A stretch of 64,000 nucleotides of DNA from Patescibacteria group bacterium (GCA_049515915.1 JBEKTP010000003.1:735-64734), one strand, 5' to 3'. Shown: positions 49,176 through 59,627, numbered from the stretch's first letter. Numbers and translations are program-made. Notes: a model not told the origin generated them from the letters alone.

Positions 49176-50285
49176 ATGAAGATAAAGGTTCTTGAAATTA
49201 TTGGTGATACGACTTTGGCTGGTGCCCCGCGGCATCTTCTTTCTCTTTTGGAAAGTTTTGATTACGATAAATTTCAAGTTTTTGTCATCAGTCCCCCTGG
49301 CCCTTTGACAGGGGAGATCAAATCACTCAAAAAATCAATTAATCTTGAAACAGTATCGATGCCGACCAAGTACGATCTCAGAGCGATGCGCGAAATAAGA
49401 TCATATATTCAGCATATTAAACCTGATTTAGTTCATATTCACGGCACACGGGCGGGGGTTTTGGGCCGTCTTGCTCTGATTGGGGTGAAAGTCCCCGTTG
49501 TTTATACCGAACATCTCTGGACGAAGCAATATCGATTGCCCGGTTGGCTGGCCCATAACGTTCAGTTGTTTGGACTTTGGTTTCTTGATATGTTTACAAC
49601 GCTCAATATTGCAGTCTCACAGGCAGTGAAAGATTTTATGGTCGAAAATCAGATCTCGCGGCCGGAAAAAATTGTTGTGGTTTATAACGGGGTTGAACCA
49701 CCCCACAAAAAAGCCAAGCCGTTCGGCCATAAAAATGAGTATCGATTGGGTTCGATTGGAACACTCAACGAACAAAAGGGAATGCAGTATCTTCTCGAAG
49801 CGATGCCGACTATCATTAAAGAATTTCCCGACACTTCCTTAGAAATTATTGGCGAAGGCTACTATAAAAGCCGTTTGCAAAAATTAATTCGAACTTTAAA
49901 GCTCTCGCGACATGTTAAGTTGACAGGATTTTTAAAGGATGTTTATGATGAGCTAGAGAAGCTGGACATTTATATTCAGCCATCACTTTCGGAGAGTTTC
50001 GGTTTAGCCATCCTACAGGCAATGAGTATGGGATTACCGGTCGTGGCGACTAACGCTGGGGGTATTCCTGAGGTGGTGACCTCTTCAAAAACGGGAATTT
50101 TGGTTGAGCCGAAGGATCCAAAAGCGCTGGCGGGAGCCATCTTGGAGCTTCTTCGGAATCAATCGGCGGCCGTTCATATGGGAAAACTTGGCGAGCAAGA
50201 CGCGGACATTAAGTTTTCTCTGAAAGATATGGTGGAGGAAACAGAGAAAATTTATATTGACGTGGCCGATAAAAAAGGCCGCTAA
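49176..50285 (+). CDS. glycosyltransferase family 4
   Basis: C-terminal EGFGLAILQAMSMGLPVVATNAGGIPEVV motif of GT-B group 1 transferases. Confidence 0.8.
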   Translation: MKIKVLEIIGDTTLAGAPRHLLSLLESFDYDKFQVFVISPPGPLTGEIKSLKKSINLETVSMPTKYDLRAMREIRSYIQHIKPDLVHIHGTRAGVLGRLALIGVKVPVVYTEHLWTKQYRLPGWLAHNVQLFGLWFLDMFTTLNIAVSQAVKDFMVENQISRPEKIVVVYNGVEPPHKKAKPFGHKNEYRLGSIGTLNEQKGMQYLLEAMPTIIKEFPDTSLEIIGEGYYKSRLQKLIRTLKLSRHVKLTGFLKDVYDELEKLDIYIQPSLSESFGLAILQAMSMGLPVVATNAGGIPEVVTSSKTGILVEPKDPKALAGAILELLRNQSAAVHMGKLGEQDADIKFSLKDMVEETEKIYIDVADKKGR

Positions 50286-50299
50286 GGGATCGGAGATTT

Positions 50300-51109
50300 A
50301 TGGGAACGTTATCAAGAAACGCTCGTAGTTTTAACGCTCTAAACAAAGCTTTAGGTTTAGGAAATGTTTTTCGGGTGCTCAAATTTGATTTTGGCGTGGA
50401 AGATAACGCTGCTATCAGTTTTGAGAAGGTGCTTGTTTTGTCACCACACCCGGACGATGAAGCTTTTGGTATGGGAGGAACGGTCAAAAAGATGACCGTC
50501 GCCGGCAAACATGTTGCCGTTGCTTTTTTGACCGATGGCTCTCGCGGCATACCAGAAAGGAACGCTCAAGGAACGATCATTGAAAATATCAAGCCGGATA
50601 AAAAGCTCATTAAAGCCAGAAAGGATGAAGGTCTCCGCTCATGTGAAATTTTAGGCGTCCAGCAAAGTATTTTTTGGGGCAATCGCGATTCAAAATTGGC
50701 CGCCTCGATTTCAGCAATCAAGGCTTTAGAAGACTTGATCCGCCAACTTAAACCAGGTATAATTTTTGTACCTTCTTTTTTAGATCCTCATTCTGATCAC
50801 CGGGCCGCTAATGAGATTTTGATTAACGCGGCGGTGGGGTTGTCTTCGGTTGAACGAAATTTTGAAATCTGGAGCTACGAAATCTGGACGCCGATTTTCG
50901 CTAACCGAGTGGTAGACATTTCCTTGTATATTAAAACAAAAGAAGAGGCTATTAAAGTTTATGCCAGCCAGTTGGAATCGAGGAGATACGACAAGGCATT
51001 CTTAGGCTTAAGCCAATATCGAGCCGAAATCAGAAATATTCATGGTTATGCCGAAGGGTTTTTCGCCTCTAGCTTTAAAATATACAAAGAATTGTACGAA
51101 AAAAGTTAA
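50300..51109 (+). CDS. PIG-L/LmbE-family N-acetylglucosaminyl deacetylase
   Basis: VLVLSPHPDDEAFGMGGT and HSDHRA motifs. Confidence 0.75.
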   Translation: MGTLSRNARSFNALNKALGLGNVFRVLKFDFGVEDNAAISFEKVLVLSPHPDDEAFGMGGTVKKMTVAGKHVAVAFLTDGSRGIPERNAQGTIIENIKPDKKLIKARKDEGLRSCEILGVQQSIFWGNRDSKLAASISAIKALEDLIRQLKPGIIFVPSFLDPHSDHRAANEILINAAVGLSSVERNFEIWSYEIWTPIFANRVVDISLYIKTKEEAIKVYASQLESRRYDKAFLGLSQYRAEIRNIHGYAEGFFASSFKIYKELYEKS

Positions 51110-51125
51110 AAATAAGATATATCGT

Positions 51126-51199
51126 TCCGGGGTAGATTAGTGGTAGATCGTCGGACTCTGGATCCGAAGACCTAGGTTCGAATCCTAGCCCCGGAGCCA
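51126..51199 (+). tRNA. tRNA-Gln (anticodon CUG)
   Basis: Hand-folded cloverleaf. Acceptor TCCGGGG/CCCCGGA. Anticodon stem TCGGA/TCCGA with loop CTCTGGA. T-arm CTAGG-TTCGAAT-CCTAG. Encoded CCA. G37 is atypical for Gln. Confidence 0.75.
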
Positions 51200-51252
51200 A
51201 TCTATCAAGAACGGATTTTTTGATTATTTTAAAAAGATGGTATTATCTTGTT

Positions 51253-51993
51253 GTGATAAAATCATCAAAAAAAGTTCTCATTATTATTCCCACTTATAAT
51301 GAAAAAGAAAATGTTGAAAGAATCGTTAACGCTATTTTAAAAATTCAGACAAATCTTCACATTTTAATTGTGGACGATAACTCACCGGATAAAACCTGGC
51401 AAATAGCTCAGAGATTGAGTAAGAAAAATAATCAGGTTCATTTTATCCGTCGAGATTTCAAAGAGGGAATTGGACCGGCCTATATGGTTGGATTCAATTA
51501 CGCTCTCAAAAATAAATTCGATTATATCTTTCAAATGGACGGCGATTTTTCTCATGATCCAAAAATGATTCCCTTGATGCTAGCGGTGGCCCAGTTTTCC
51601 GATTGGGTGATTGGTTCTCGCTATGTTAAAGGCGGCAATATTAAAGGCTGGGGGGCCAGAAGAAAAATTATCAGTTGGTTGGGTAATTTTTATACGAAAT
51701 TGTTTTTAGGGTTTCAAATTCGAGATTGGACTTCTGGTTTCAGCTGTTGGAACGCCCAAGTTTTAAAAAAAATTAACCTCACTTCCGATGAAAATCCCAA
51801 TGGCTATGCCTTCCAAATTGCCATCAAATATAAAGCTTTGTTAGCCGGTTTTAAACCTTCAGAAATTCCGATTGCTTTTTGTGACCGGAAAAAAGGAATG
51901 ACCAAAATGGGTGGCGGGATCGTCAATGAAGCCGCCCTCACGGTTGTAAGATTGCGATTAATGAAAAAGGAATTGATGAAAACGTTTGTTTAA
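51253..51993 (+). CDS. glycosyltransferase family 2 (dolichyl/polyprenyl-phosphate mannosyltransferase-like)
   Basis: VLIIIPTYNEKENV ... IVDDNSPDKT ... DGDFSHDP motifs (DXD). Start uncertain (GTG at 51253 or TTG at 51220). Confidence 0.75.
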   Translation: MIKSSKKVLIIIPTYNEKENVERIVNAILKIQTNLHILIVDDNSPDKTWQIAQRLSKKNNQVHFIRRDFKEGIGPAYMVGFNYALKNKFDYIFQMDGDFSHDPKMIPLMLAVAQFSDWVIGSRYVKGGNIKGWGARRKIISWLGNFYTKLFLGFQIRDWTSGFSCWNAQVLKKINLTSDENPNGYAFQIAIKYKALLAGFKPSEIPIAFCDRKKGMTKMGGGIVNEAALTVVRLRLMKKELMKTFV

Positions 51994-52039
51994 CCAAAGA
52001 TCACCTTTATCTTTATGATATAATGAAAGCGAGGTTAAG

Positions 52040-52348
52040 ATGGAAGAGGCCAAAGATCTTATTCCATTAAGCAAAAGTGAGATTCTAAAAAATCTTAAAA
52101 GTTTGGCGGGTTGGGAATATCGAGAAAACAAAATTCTCAAACAGTTTGAATTCAAAGATTTTCAAGATGCTTTGGAGTTTATTAACCGTCTGGCGCCTTT
52201 TTGTAATAAAATCGACCATCATCCAGATGTGCACATTTACTTCCGGAAAGTTACCTTCGAACTGACACGTTATAGTATTGGCGGCAAGGTGACCTTACGG
52301 GATTTTACCGTCGCAAGAGGAATCGAACGTCTTTATAAAAGTAGATAA
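52040..52348 (+). CDS. pterin-4a-carbinolamine dehydratase (PCD/DCoH)
   Basis: L.GW.......L...F.F.DF..A..F.N.......DHHPD signature. Confidence 0.7.
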   Translation: MEEAKDLIPLSKSEILKNLKSLAGWEYRENKILKQFEFKDFQDALEFINRLAPFCNKIDHHPDVHIYFRKVTFELTRYSIGGKVTLRDFTVARGIERLYKSR

Positions 52349-52407
52349 GAATATATTTTTGTTCTATCGATTGATTTTGGGGCATTTTTAAGGTAAAATT
52401 ATTTTGT

Positions 52408-52484
52408 GGCGCGTTCGTCTAGCGGCCTAGGATATCGCCTTCTCAGGGCGAAGATCACCGGTTCGAATCCGGTACGCGCTGCCA
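52408..52484 (+). tRNA. tRNA-Glu (anticodon CUC)
   Basis: Hand-folded. Glu-like D-arm GUCUAGCGGCCUAGGA. Anticodon stem TCGCC/GGCGA with loop TTCTCAG. T-arm ACCGG-TTCGAAT-CCGGT. Acceptor with G1-U72 wobble. Encoded CCA. Confidence 0.75.
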
Positions 52485-52559
52485 AATATAAAAACTCTCG
52501 TGGTCTTTTTTTGTTAGCTCTTGCTTGTCGACTAGGATTTTGTTATTTTTAAAAGGCCG

Positions 52560-53723
52560 ATGACATTTAAACAGTTCTCAAAATTAAGAAGGGGTTTAGC
52601 GAAAAATATTCTCATCATGGGGGTGATGCTGGTAATGGTCTTTTGGCCTTTTTTGGGCGTTCAATCCTCGAGCCTTAGCGACTTAGAGCAGCAACAAGCC
52701 GATTTGCAAAAACAGATTCAGGCTATCCAGCAGTCTCTCAACGCCAAGCAGAAGGAAGTTTCAAATAACCAAGATTTGGTTAATCAGCTTCAGGATCAAA
52801 TCGCGGCGACTCAAGAGGAAATCAACTTAGAAAATCAGCAAATTTCAGTTCTCAATCAACAGATTGCCGCTTTAAATGATCAAATTACCCAAAAAGAGGC
52901 CGAGTTAGCAGTTCAGAAAGATAATTTGGCCGAGACGTTGAAAACTTTGTACGAAGAAGGAAACCAATCCTCTTTGGAAATAATCCTCGGTTCAAATTCA
53001 CTTTCCGATGTCGTCACCCGCGAGCAGGACCTTTCGGCCATCAGCTCAAGTATAAACGATAATATCAACACGATTACGCAAATCGAAAATAGTCTCAAGG
53101 CCGATCAAAGTAATCTTCAAACTCAACAGACTAATTTAAGCAACACGGTCAGTTCTCTGACGGATAAACAGCGAAACTTAAATATTCAGCAACAACGTCA
53201 AAGTGCTCTCTTGGCTCAAGCGGCGGCCCAGCAGGCCCAAATTCAATCTAACTTAAATTCGACGGTGGCCGATCAAGATAATGTCTCCGCTCAAATTTAT
53301 GCGCTCCGTCAAGCTAGCGGCGGATACACCTCCGGTGGCACGGGTGGTTATCCATTTGCTAACTCCACGCCGGATATGCCCGATCCGTGGGGTTTTTACA
53401 CACGGGAATGCACTTCTTACGCGGCTTGGTATTTTAATGATATTGAGGGAAAATATTGGTACAATACGAGACCCGGTTCCGGCAGTGCCTGGAACTGGCC
53501 GGCGCTGGCGACCGACCAGGGATATTCGGTCAGCTCGACGCCTCGTGCGGGGGCGATTGCTTCGTGGCCAGCCGGTGGGATTTTTGGTAGCTATGGTCAT
53601 GTGGCTATTGTTATGTCGGTCAACGCTAATGGGACAATTAATGTTTCCGAATATAACTGGGTCAAATTTGCCTACGATGAGCGGTATAATGTCTCACCGT
53701 CGGGCGCCCGCTTTATTTTTTAA
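52560..53723 (+). CDS. secreted coiled-coil + CHAP-domain peptidoglycan hydrolase (PcsB-like architecture)
   Basis: N-terminal TM/signal, long Q/L-rich coiled coil, C-terminal CHAP domain (ECTSYAAWY ... GHVAIV). Confidence 0.7.
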   Translation: MTFKQFSKLRRGLAKNILIMGVMLVMVFWPFLGVQSSSLSDLEQQQADLQKQIQAIQQSLNAKQKEVSNNQDLVNQLQDQIAATQEEINLENQQISVLNQQIAALNDQITQKEAELAVQKDNLAETLKTLYEEGNQSSLEIILGSNSLSDVVTREQDLSAISSSINDNINTITQIENSLKADQSNLQTQQTNLSNTVSSLTDKQRNLNIQQQRQSALLAQAAAQQAQIQSNLNSTVADQDNVSAQIYALRQASGGYTSGGTGGYPFANSTPDMPDPWGFYTRECTSYAAWYFNDIEGKYWYNTRPGSGSAWNWPALATDQGYSVSSTPRAGAIASWPAGGIFGSYGHVAIVMSVNANGTINVSEYNWVKFAYDERYNVSPSGARFIF

Positions 53724-53765
53724 AAGGTGGACTAATTAATCTTTAAAAGATATATTAAATGAATA

Positions 53766-54446
53766 ATGACTCATTCGCTTTTATATTTAGTGATCACCAC
53801 CGGCTTTTTGGACAGCTTTAATCCTTGCGCGATTGCGATTTTATTGATTTTTATCGCCTTGATGCTCACACTCGAAAAGTCTCGGCGGCTGATTTTTATT
53901 TTAGGACTGACTTATATTTTTTCCGTTTACTTAACTTATTTTGCCATTGGTCTGGGATTATTACGGCTGGTTCATCTTTTTTCTATCCCAAGATATGTTG
54001 CTCAGGTCATCGGCTGGATTTTAATTATCTGGTCTTTATGGGGATTTAAAGATTATTTTTTTCCGCAACTTCCTTGGCGGCTTTCGACCTCGGTTCGCTC
54101 GCGTCAAATTATTGCCTCCTGGGCGGAACGTCTGACTTTGCCGGCCACTATTATAATGGGGTTTTTTGTGGCGATCTTCGGTTTTCCTTGCACCGGCGGG
54201 ATTTATTTAGCGACTTTGGCACTGCTTTCTACGAAAGCGACATATTTTAAGGGAGTCCTCTATTTATTGATCTATAATCTGATGTTTGTGGCGCCACTTC
54301 TCGTGATCTTTTTTGGCACGACCAACCGATTTGTCGCCGAAAAATTAATTAATCTTAATGAACAAAAAAGCCATCTCTTAAGATTAATTATTGCCATCTT
54401 GACCTTAATTCTTGGTTTGGCATTAGTTTTTTATTTAGCAAAATGA
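53766..54446 (+). CDS. CcdA/DsbD-family thiol-disulfide transporter membrane protein
   Basis: 6 TM helices with conserved Cys in TM1 (SFNPCAI) and TM4 (GFPCTGG). Confidence 0.6.
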   Translation: MTHSLLYLVITTGFLDSFNPCAIAILLIFIALMLTLEKSRRLIFILGLTYIFSVYLTYFAIGLGLLRLVHLFSIPRYVAQVIGWILIIWSLWGFKDYFFPQLPWRLSTSVRSRQIIASWAERLTLPATIIMGFFVAIFGFPCTGGIYLATLALLSTKATYFKGVLYLLIYNLMFVAPLLVIFFGTTNRFVAEKLINLNEQKSHLLRLIIAILTLILGLALVFYLAK

Positions 54447-54487
54447 TAAAATTAGAGAGATTTTAGTTATTATTTGGAGGTTAGATT

Positions 54488-54715
54488 ATGGATCCAAAAG
54501 ATGAGCAAAAACTGGCGGGCCAGAAAGTCGTTGTCGACCAAAGCAAATGTATTGGTTGCGGACTTTGCGCTTCGACATGCTCTGATGTTTTTGAACTTGA
54601 TGAAAGCGGTAAATCTAAAGTTAAAGATGACGCCGATTGCGAGAAAGCCGGCTGTTGTCAAGAAGCAGTCGATAATTGCCCAGCTAAAGCAATAAGTTGG
54701 AGCAAACAGGATTAA
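54488..54715 (+). CDS. 4Fe-4S ferredoxin
   Basis: CIGCGLCASTC cluster motif plus distal CP. Confidence 0.7.
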   Translation: MDPKDEQKLAGQKVVVDQSKCIGCGLCASTCSDVFELDESGKSKVKDDADCEKAGCCQEAVDNCPAKAISWSKQD

Positions 54716-54794
54716 TAGAAATATAGAAATATAGAAAAATCTATAACGCTATATATTTATAAATCTATTATCTCTAATTTTCCGGAGGAAAATT

Positions 54795-55706
54795 ATGCAA
54801 GATTGTATTATTATTGGTGGTGGGCCGGCGGGATTGACCGCGGCGATTTATTTAGTTCGAAAAAAGGTCAACATTCAAGTTCTTTCCAATAGTTTGGGCG
54901 GCCAGATTATGGATGGGCCGTTAATTGAAAATTATCCTGGTTTCGAACAATTGCCAGGACCCGACTGGGTTACTAAGGTTAAAGAGCAAGCCGATAAATT
55001 GGGTGTAAAATTTGAACTCAATGCCGAAGTGACGAAAATTTCTCAAGAAAATAATATTTTTGCCGTCGAGACCACGAATGGCAAATTCGAAGGAAAATCA
55101 GTTTTAATTGCCTCTGGCAAAACCCCCCGAAAATTGGGAGTGCCGGGTGAGGAAGAGTTTTTAGGCAAAGGGGTCAGCCATTGTGTGACTTGTGACGGGC
55201 CGCTTTTTTCAGGCAAAACCGTGGCGGTCATTGGTGGCGGGAACTCGGCTATTTCGGCTGCTTTAGAACTTGAAAAATATGCTCAAAAAGTCTATGTGAT
55301 TAATTTGGGATCGGCGCTAATCGGCGAAGAAGTTCGAATTGATCAACTCAAAAAATCCACCAAAGTTGAAATTATCGGGCAAGCTAAAACGACTGCCATT
55401 TCCGGTTCAAAATTTGTCGAGAGCTTAAAATATCAGGATTTAAGCTCAAGCCAAGAAAAAAAAATCGCTTGCCAGGGAATTATCGTGGAAATCGGTTGGG
55501 TTCCGTCGACGAAATATTTAGAAGGTTTTGTCGAACTCTCGGACACTAAGGAGATCAAAATCGATAAAGAAAACGCCACTAGCGTGCCGGGCGTTTTTGC
55601 AGCTGGTGACGTGACTGAAATTCCTTATAAACAACTTGTCATTGCCGCTGGTCAAGGTGCCAACGCAGCGATGAGCGTTTGGGACTATCTCTCGAAATTA
55701 AAATAG
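54795..55706 (+). CDS. trxB: thioredoxin-disulfide reductase
   Basis: FAD motif IIGGGPAGLTAA, redox-active CVTCDG, NADPH motif VIGGGNSA. Confidence 0.88.
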   Translation: MQDCIIIGGGPAGLTAAIYLVRKKVNIQVLSNSLGGQIMDGPLIENYPGFEQLPGPDWVTKVKEQADKLGVKFELNAEVTKISQENNIFAVETTNGKFEGKSVLIASGKTPRKLGVPGEEEFLGKGVSHCVTCDGPLFSGKTVAVIGGGNSAISAALELEKYAQKVYVINLGSALIGEEVRIDQLKKSTKVEIIGQAKTTAISGSKFVESLKYQDLSSSQEKKIACQGIIVEIGWVPSTKYLEGFVELSDTKEIKIDKENATSVPGVFAAGDVTEIPYKQLVIAAGQGANAAMSVWDYLSKLK

Positions 55707-55711
55707 GTAAT

Positions 55712-56086
55712 CTAGTTAATGGGAATTTTGGCGGCCGATTTAACAATATCCAAAAGCATTTTTGGTTCGTATTCGGCTTTAACTAAATAACCGGCTGCTC
55801 CCAGTTCTTTAGCTTTGCTCCCGGAGCTTTCCGGAGGGAGATTGGTCAGCAAGAAAACCGGGGTGTTCTTTAAATCTGGGTCATTTTTGATATCACGCAA
55901 CACATCAAGGCCATTAAATTTTGGCATAATGATATCCAAAAAAATCACGTCTGGTTTATTTTCTTTAGCCATTTTGAAGCCAGTTTCGCCGTCAGGGGCC
56001 GTTAGTGTCTCGACTCCGCCCATATTGAGACACTCGCTGTACATTTTTAAAACCCCTTTTTCATCATCAATAATCAAAACCTTCAT
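55712..56086 (-). CDS. response regulator receiver-domain protein (CheY-like, no output domain)
   Basis: MKVLIIDDE...D(57)-like LDIIMP...K. The 125 aa are the receiver domain only. Confidence 0.8.
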   Translation of the reverse strand: MKVLIIDDEKGVLKMYSECLNMGGVETLTAPDGETGFKMAKENKPDVIFLDIIMPKFNGLDVLRDIKNDPDLKNTPVFLLTNLPPESSGSKAKELGAAGYLVKAEYEPKMLLDIVKSAAKIPIN

Positions 56087-56192
56087 ATAACCTCCATGGT
56101 ATAGCACTCTACCAATCTTTTATTTAAGAATGATCGTAAATATTTATTTAGATTAATTGGTGAAAGTCAATTCGCCGGGGTGTGATACTATA

Positions 56193-57440
56193 TTAACTCA
56201 TCGGTAAGGTGAATTCAAAGACGGCGCCTTTTTCCGCGTTATTTTCGGCTGTAATATGGCCGCCATGTTGCTCGATAATTAATCGCGAAATATAGAGGCC
56301 TAAACCTGTGCCTTTGTTATCAAGTTCCAGAATATTTTTTCCTCTAAAAAATGGTTGGAATAATTTTTCAAAGTCGGCTGGATTAAGGCCGACGCCTTGA
56401 TCGGAAACTCTGACCGTTGTCCAATCCTTGGACTGTAAAGCGCTGACGGTGATCGTGCCTTCTGGGCAATATTTAAGGGAGTTATCGAGGAGGTTATAGA
56501 GAACCTGCCGAATTTTTTCTGGATCGGCGGTGACGGACCGAAAAGCCCCATTTTTTTCAAAGGAAAGTTTTGCTTTTCCTTTGGCCAGAGTTTTATCCAA
56601 AACATTGATTGTTTCTGAAATTAATTGATTTAAATCGAAAGATTTCTTATTTAAAATAAAAGTGCCCGTTTGAATGCGGGAGATTGATAAAAGCTCGGAA
56701 ACCAAATTAACCATTCTTTTAGTGTTTTTATGAATCTCGTCCACGGCTTCTTTTTGTTTCGGCGCCAATTTGCCCAAGCTATTGTCATTAAGCATCGAGA
56801 CAAAGCCACGGACAATCGAAAGAGGGGTAAAAAGCTGATGGGAGGTCATTGATAAAAATTCTTTCTGGCGGGCGGATTCTTCCTCAAGGACTTTTTCGCG
56901 GGTCAAAGATTCTTCTTTAGCCTGTTTTTCCTGTTTAAGTTGGATGGCGAGCATCCGGCAAAAAATTGTGATGAATAAAATCAAAGCGACTTGCCAGACG
57001 CCTTGAAAAAGTTCACTTTGGATGGGTAAAAGCTGCTGTGAGCCAAGAAAAATTTCAAAAATAACAAACAAAGAAGCGATGGTCGCAATCAGCAAGGCAT
57101 TGATAAATTCCAATTCCAAAGCCGCGGCCGCGATGGGCAAAAAATAAAGGGCAAAGAAATATTCACCGTAATCTTTTAAAAGGTGAATTAAGACGCCGAT
57201 AAGAATAATATCGGCAATGTTTTTGAGATAAATCCGATTCGAGCGAGCAAAGTATTTATAAATGACCAAATAGTAAAGCAGGGCAAAAGCGGCGATCCCG
57301 CCGACTAAATAATAAGTTAGTTGATTATTAATGCCGTTATTGGGCAAGAATCTCACCCCAAAAATAATCACCACTAAAACAGCCCATGTCGAAATTTCAA
57401 TAATCTTTTCCAAACGGTTGGCGGTTGGTTTTAGCGGCAA
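56193..57440 (-). CDS. sensor histidine kinase
   Basis: Multi-TM N-terminus, H-box SHQLFTPLS, HATPase_c N/G1/G2 boxes (NLLDNSLKY, DQGVGL, GTGLGL). TTG start with GGAGGGG RBS. Confidence 0.85.
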   Translation of the reverse strand: MPLKPTANRLEKIIEISTWAVLVVIIFGVRFLPNNGINNQLTYYLVGGIAAFALLYYLVIYKYFARSNRIYLKNIADIILIGVLIHLLKDYGEYFFALYFLPIAAAALELEFINALLIATIASLFVIFEIFLGSQQLLPIQSELFQGVWQVALILFITIFCRMLAIQLKQEKQAKEESLTREKVLEEESARQKEFLSMTSHQLFTPLSIVRGFVSMLNDNSLGKLAPKQKEAVDEIHKNTKRMVNLVSELLSISRIQTGTFILNKKSFDLNQLISETINVLDKTLAKGKAKLSFEKNGAFRSVTADPEKIRQVLYNLLDNSLKYCPEGTITVSALQSKDWTTVRVSDQGVGLNPADFEKLFQPFFRGKNILELDNKGTGLGLYISRLIIEQHGGHITAENNAEKGAVFEFTLPMS

Positions 57441-57666
57441 AATTACCCCTCCAAATTTATTATACCCTCTAAAACTTTAATACAAAAGACCGTCTCGGGT
57501 GAGACGGTCACGGGTAAAAGGGTATATGGTTTGAGTTTACTCGATCGTCACGCCGGCGATTTTATTTTAGATTAAAATTTTTCTGTCATTATGGATTAAG
57601 ATATCATAAAACACCGATTAAAATTTAATCGATGTTTTCAGGAGTAGTTAGAATTAATTCAGTCTA

Positions 57667-58950
57667 TTATGGACTCAAGCGTTTAACATCGCGTGGGAAT
57701 AAGACCGCTTCTTTGACATTCGTAAGTCTGAGTAATAATTGGATTAATCTTTCCGAACCGATAGCCCAACCGCCGTGCGGCGGCATCGCGTATTTAAAAA
57801 CATCCAAATAGAACTCTAAACCGGCGGATTTGACACCTTTCTTTTCCATATTTTCAATCAACATTTTATATTCGTGAATGCGCTGGGAACCGGTGACGAT
57901 CTCGACGCCACGGAAGAGTAAATCAAATCCGTAAGTGGCATTTTTATCTTCCGGATCGGGCATAGTGTAAAATGGCCGATCTTTCCAAGGATAATGAGTG
58001 ATAAAAATGAAATCACTGCCAAATTTTTCTAAAGCGTAACGACAGGCGAGCCGCTCAGCTTCCGGATCGATATCGGTTTCTTTTGGCACGTCATATCCAT
58101 ATTTTTCCTTGATGATTTTTTTGATTTCCGAGAGTTTAATGTGCGGAATTTCTTTCGGCACTGCCGGAACGGTCATATCGTAAAGATCAAAATATTTTTG
58201 ACCATTTTCTTTTAAGTGCTCGAACATTTTGACGAATACTTTATTTAGCATCGCGGTGACGGTTTTATAATTTTCGATGAATCCCATCTCGGCATCCAAA
58301 CTGATGTATTCATTGACATGACGAGTGGTAAAGTGCGGTTCGGCCCGAAAAACCGGCCCGATTTCAAAGACGCGTTCAAAAACGCCGACCATAATTTGTT
58401 TGTAAAGTTGCGGACTTTGAGCCAAGTAAGCGTCTTTTTCAAAATATTTCAATTTGAAAAAGTTGGCGCCGCCCTCGGAAGCCGCTTCCAAAATCTTGGG
58501 GGTTTTGATTTCGGTAAAACCTTCTTCACGCATCACCTTTTCGTAAGTTTCCAATAATAAATCATAAATCTTAAAAATAGCTTGAATTTTGCCGTGGCGG
58601 AGTGAAATCGGTCTTAGATCAAGCAGGGTTGAAAGCTGAAGTTCGAATTTGGTTTTAGCTAAATCTAAGGGCAGATCCTTGGCGAGCGGCGAAATTACTT
58701 CGGAGGCTTCGGCGGCGATTTCCCAGCCGCTTTTAGCGCGCTCGTCTTGGCGCGCCGTGCCGGTCACCGAAACGGCTTCGCCCATTTTAAAAGGCACGGC
58801 TTTTTCGAAAACGGTTTGAATAGTGCCGGTGTAATCTTGAATTTGGGCGAAGGTAATGCCGCCCATTGTTCGAAGATTAATGACGCGCCCGGCAATCGTA
58901 ATTTTCTTGCCCAAATGATTGGCGATATCCGAAATGAGAACTCTTGCCAT
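57667..58950 (-). CDS. class IIb aminoacyl-tRNA synthetase (aspartate/asparagine--tRNA ligase, archaeal-type length)
   Basis: N-terminal OB anticodon-binding domain. Motif 2 FRAEPHFTTRHVNEY. Motif 3 GGWAIGSERL. Confidence 0.88.
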   Translation of the reverse strand: MARVLISDIANHLGKKITIAGRVINLRTMGGITFAQIQDYTGTIQTVFEKAVPFKMGEAVSVTGTARQDERAKSGWEIAAEASEVISPLAKDLPLDLAKTKFELQLSTLLDLRPISLRHGKIQAIFKIYDLLLETYEKVMREEGFTEIKTPKILEAASEGGANFFKLKYFEKDAYLAQSPQLYKQIMVGVFERVFEIGPVFRAEPHFTTRHVNEYISLDAEMGFIENYKTVTAMLNKVFVKMFEHLKENGQKYFDLYDMTVPAVPKEIPHIKLSEIKKIIKEKYGYDVPKETDIDPEAERLACRYALEKFGSDFIFITHYPWKDRPFYTMPDPEDKNATYGFDLLFRGVEIVTGSQRIHEYKMLIENMEKKGVKSAGLEFYLDVFKYAMPPHGGWAIGSERLIQLLLRLTNVKEAVLFPRDVKRLSP

Positions 58951-59118
58951 TTTTCACCTCAAAATTTATTTGTCTTAGATAATCTTACCAAATTTGACGA
59001 AATTCTCAAGCGATTTTTGACCAAAGTGATTTTTTGGAGGGGGACGCCTTGATTATTCGTTAGTTTTATGGTAAAGTATGGTCAGAAATCGCCGTCATCA
59101 ACTCTGAGCGAGGTGAAG

Positions 59119-59541
59119 ATGATGTCTGATTCAAAGAAGACGTGGATTGGGGCGTTGATTTTTGTGACACTGATGGTATGCTGGTATTTCGTGACACGGC
59201 CCTCTGCGACAAGCCAGCCGCCGGGCGCAAGTGCAGTCGCGGCTATTCGGGCTATCGGTCTAGGCGGGCCGTCTTTCGTCCACACATGGACAGGGACGAA
59301 CGAGTTCGGGATGAGCGTGATTCTTATCATCAACGACGGCGGCATGTGTTCGTTCGGCGGTGATCCGCTCAAGTGGAGAGTCGAGGGCAGTACCCTCGTC
59401 ATCTACAAGGACGGGTCCAACTACACTCTCAGAGGGACTCTCTCGAGCGACGGGCACGGGTTGGAGCTGGCCATTCCGTGGAACAGCCCAATTACCGGAA
59501 AGCCGGAGGTACGAACCTACAACTTCGTCCGGCAAGGGTGA
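59119..59541 (+). CDS. hypothetical membrane-anchored 140-aa protein (GC-rich cassette)
   Basis: GAGGTGAAG RBS. N-terminal TM, beta-rich extracytoplasmic domain. Confidence 0.45.
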   Translation: MMSDSKKTWIGALIFVTLMVCWYFVTRPSATSQPPGASAVAAIRAIGLGGPSFVHTWTGTNEFGMSVILIINDGGMCSFGGDPLKWRVEGSTLVIYKDGSNYTLRGTLSSDGHGLELAIPWNSPITGKPEVRTYNFVRQG

Positions 59542-59627
59542 GAAGAATGCGGCGACCAAGGCGTTGTTGTCACCTTCCGCCGCGACGAAAATATCTTGAT
59601 CGGTACTGGAGGGGCGATGCAAGCCGG

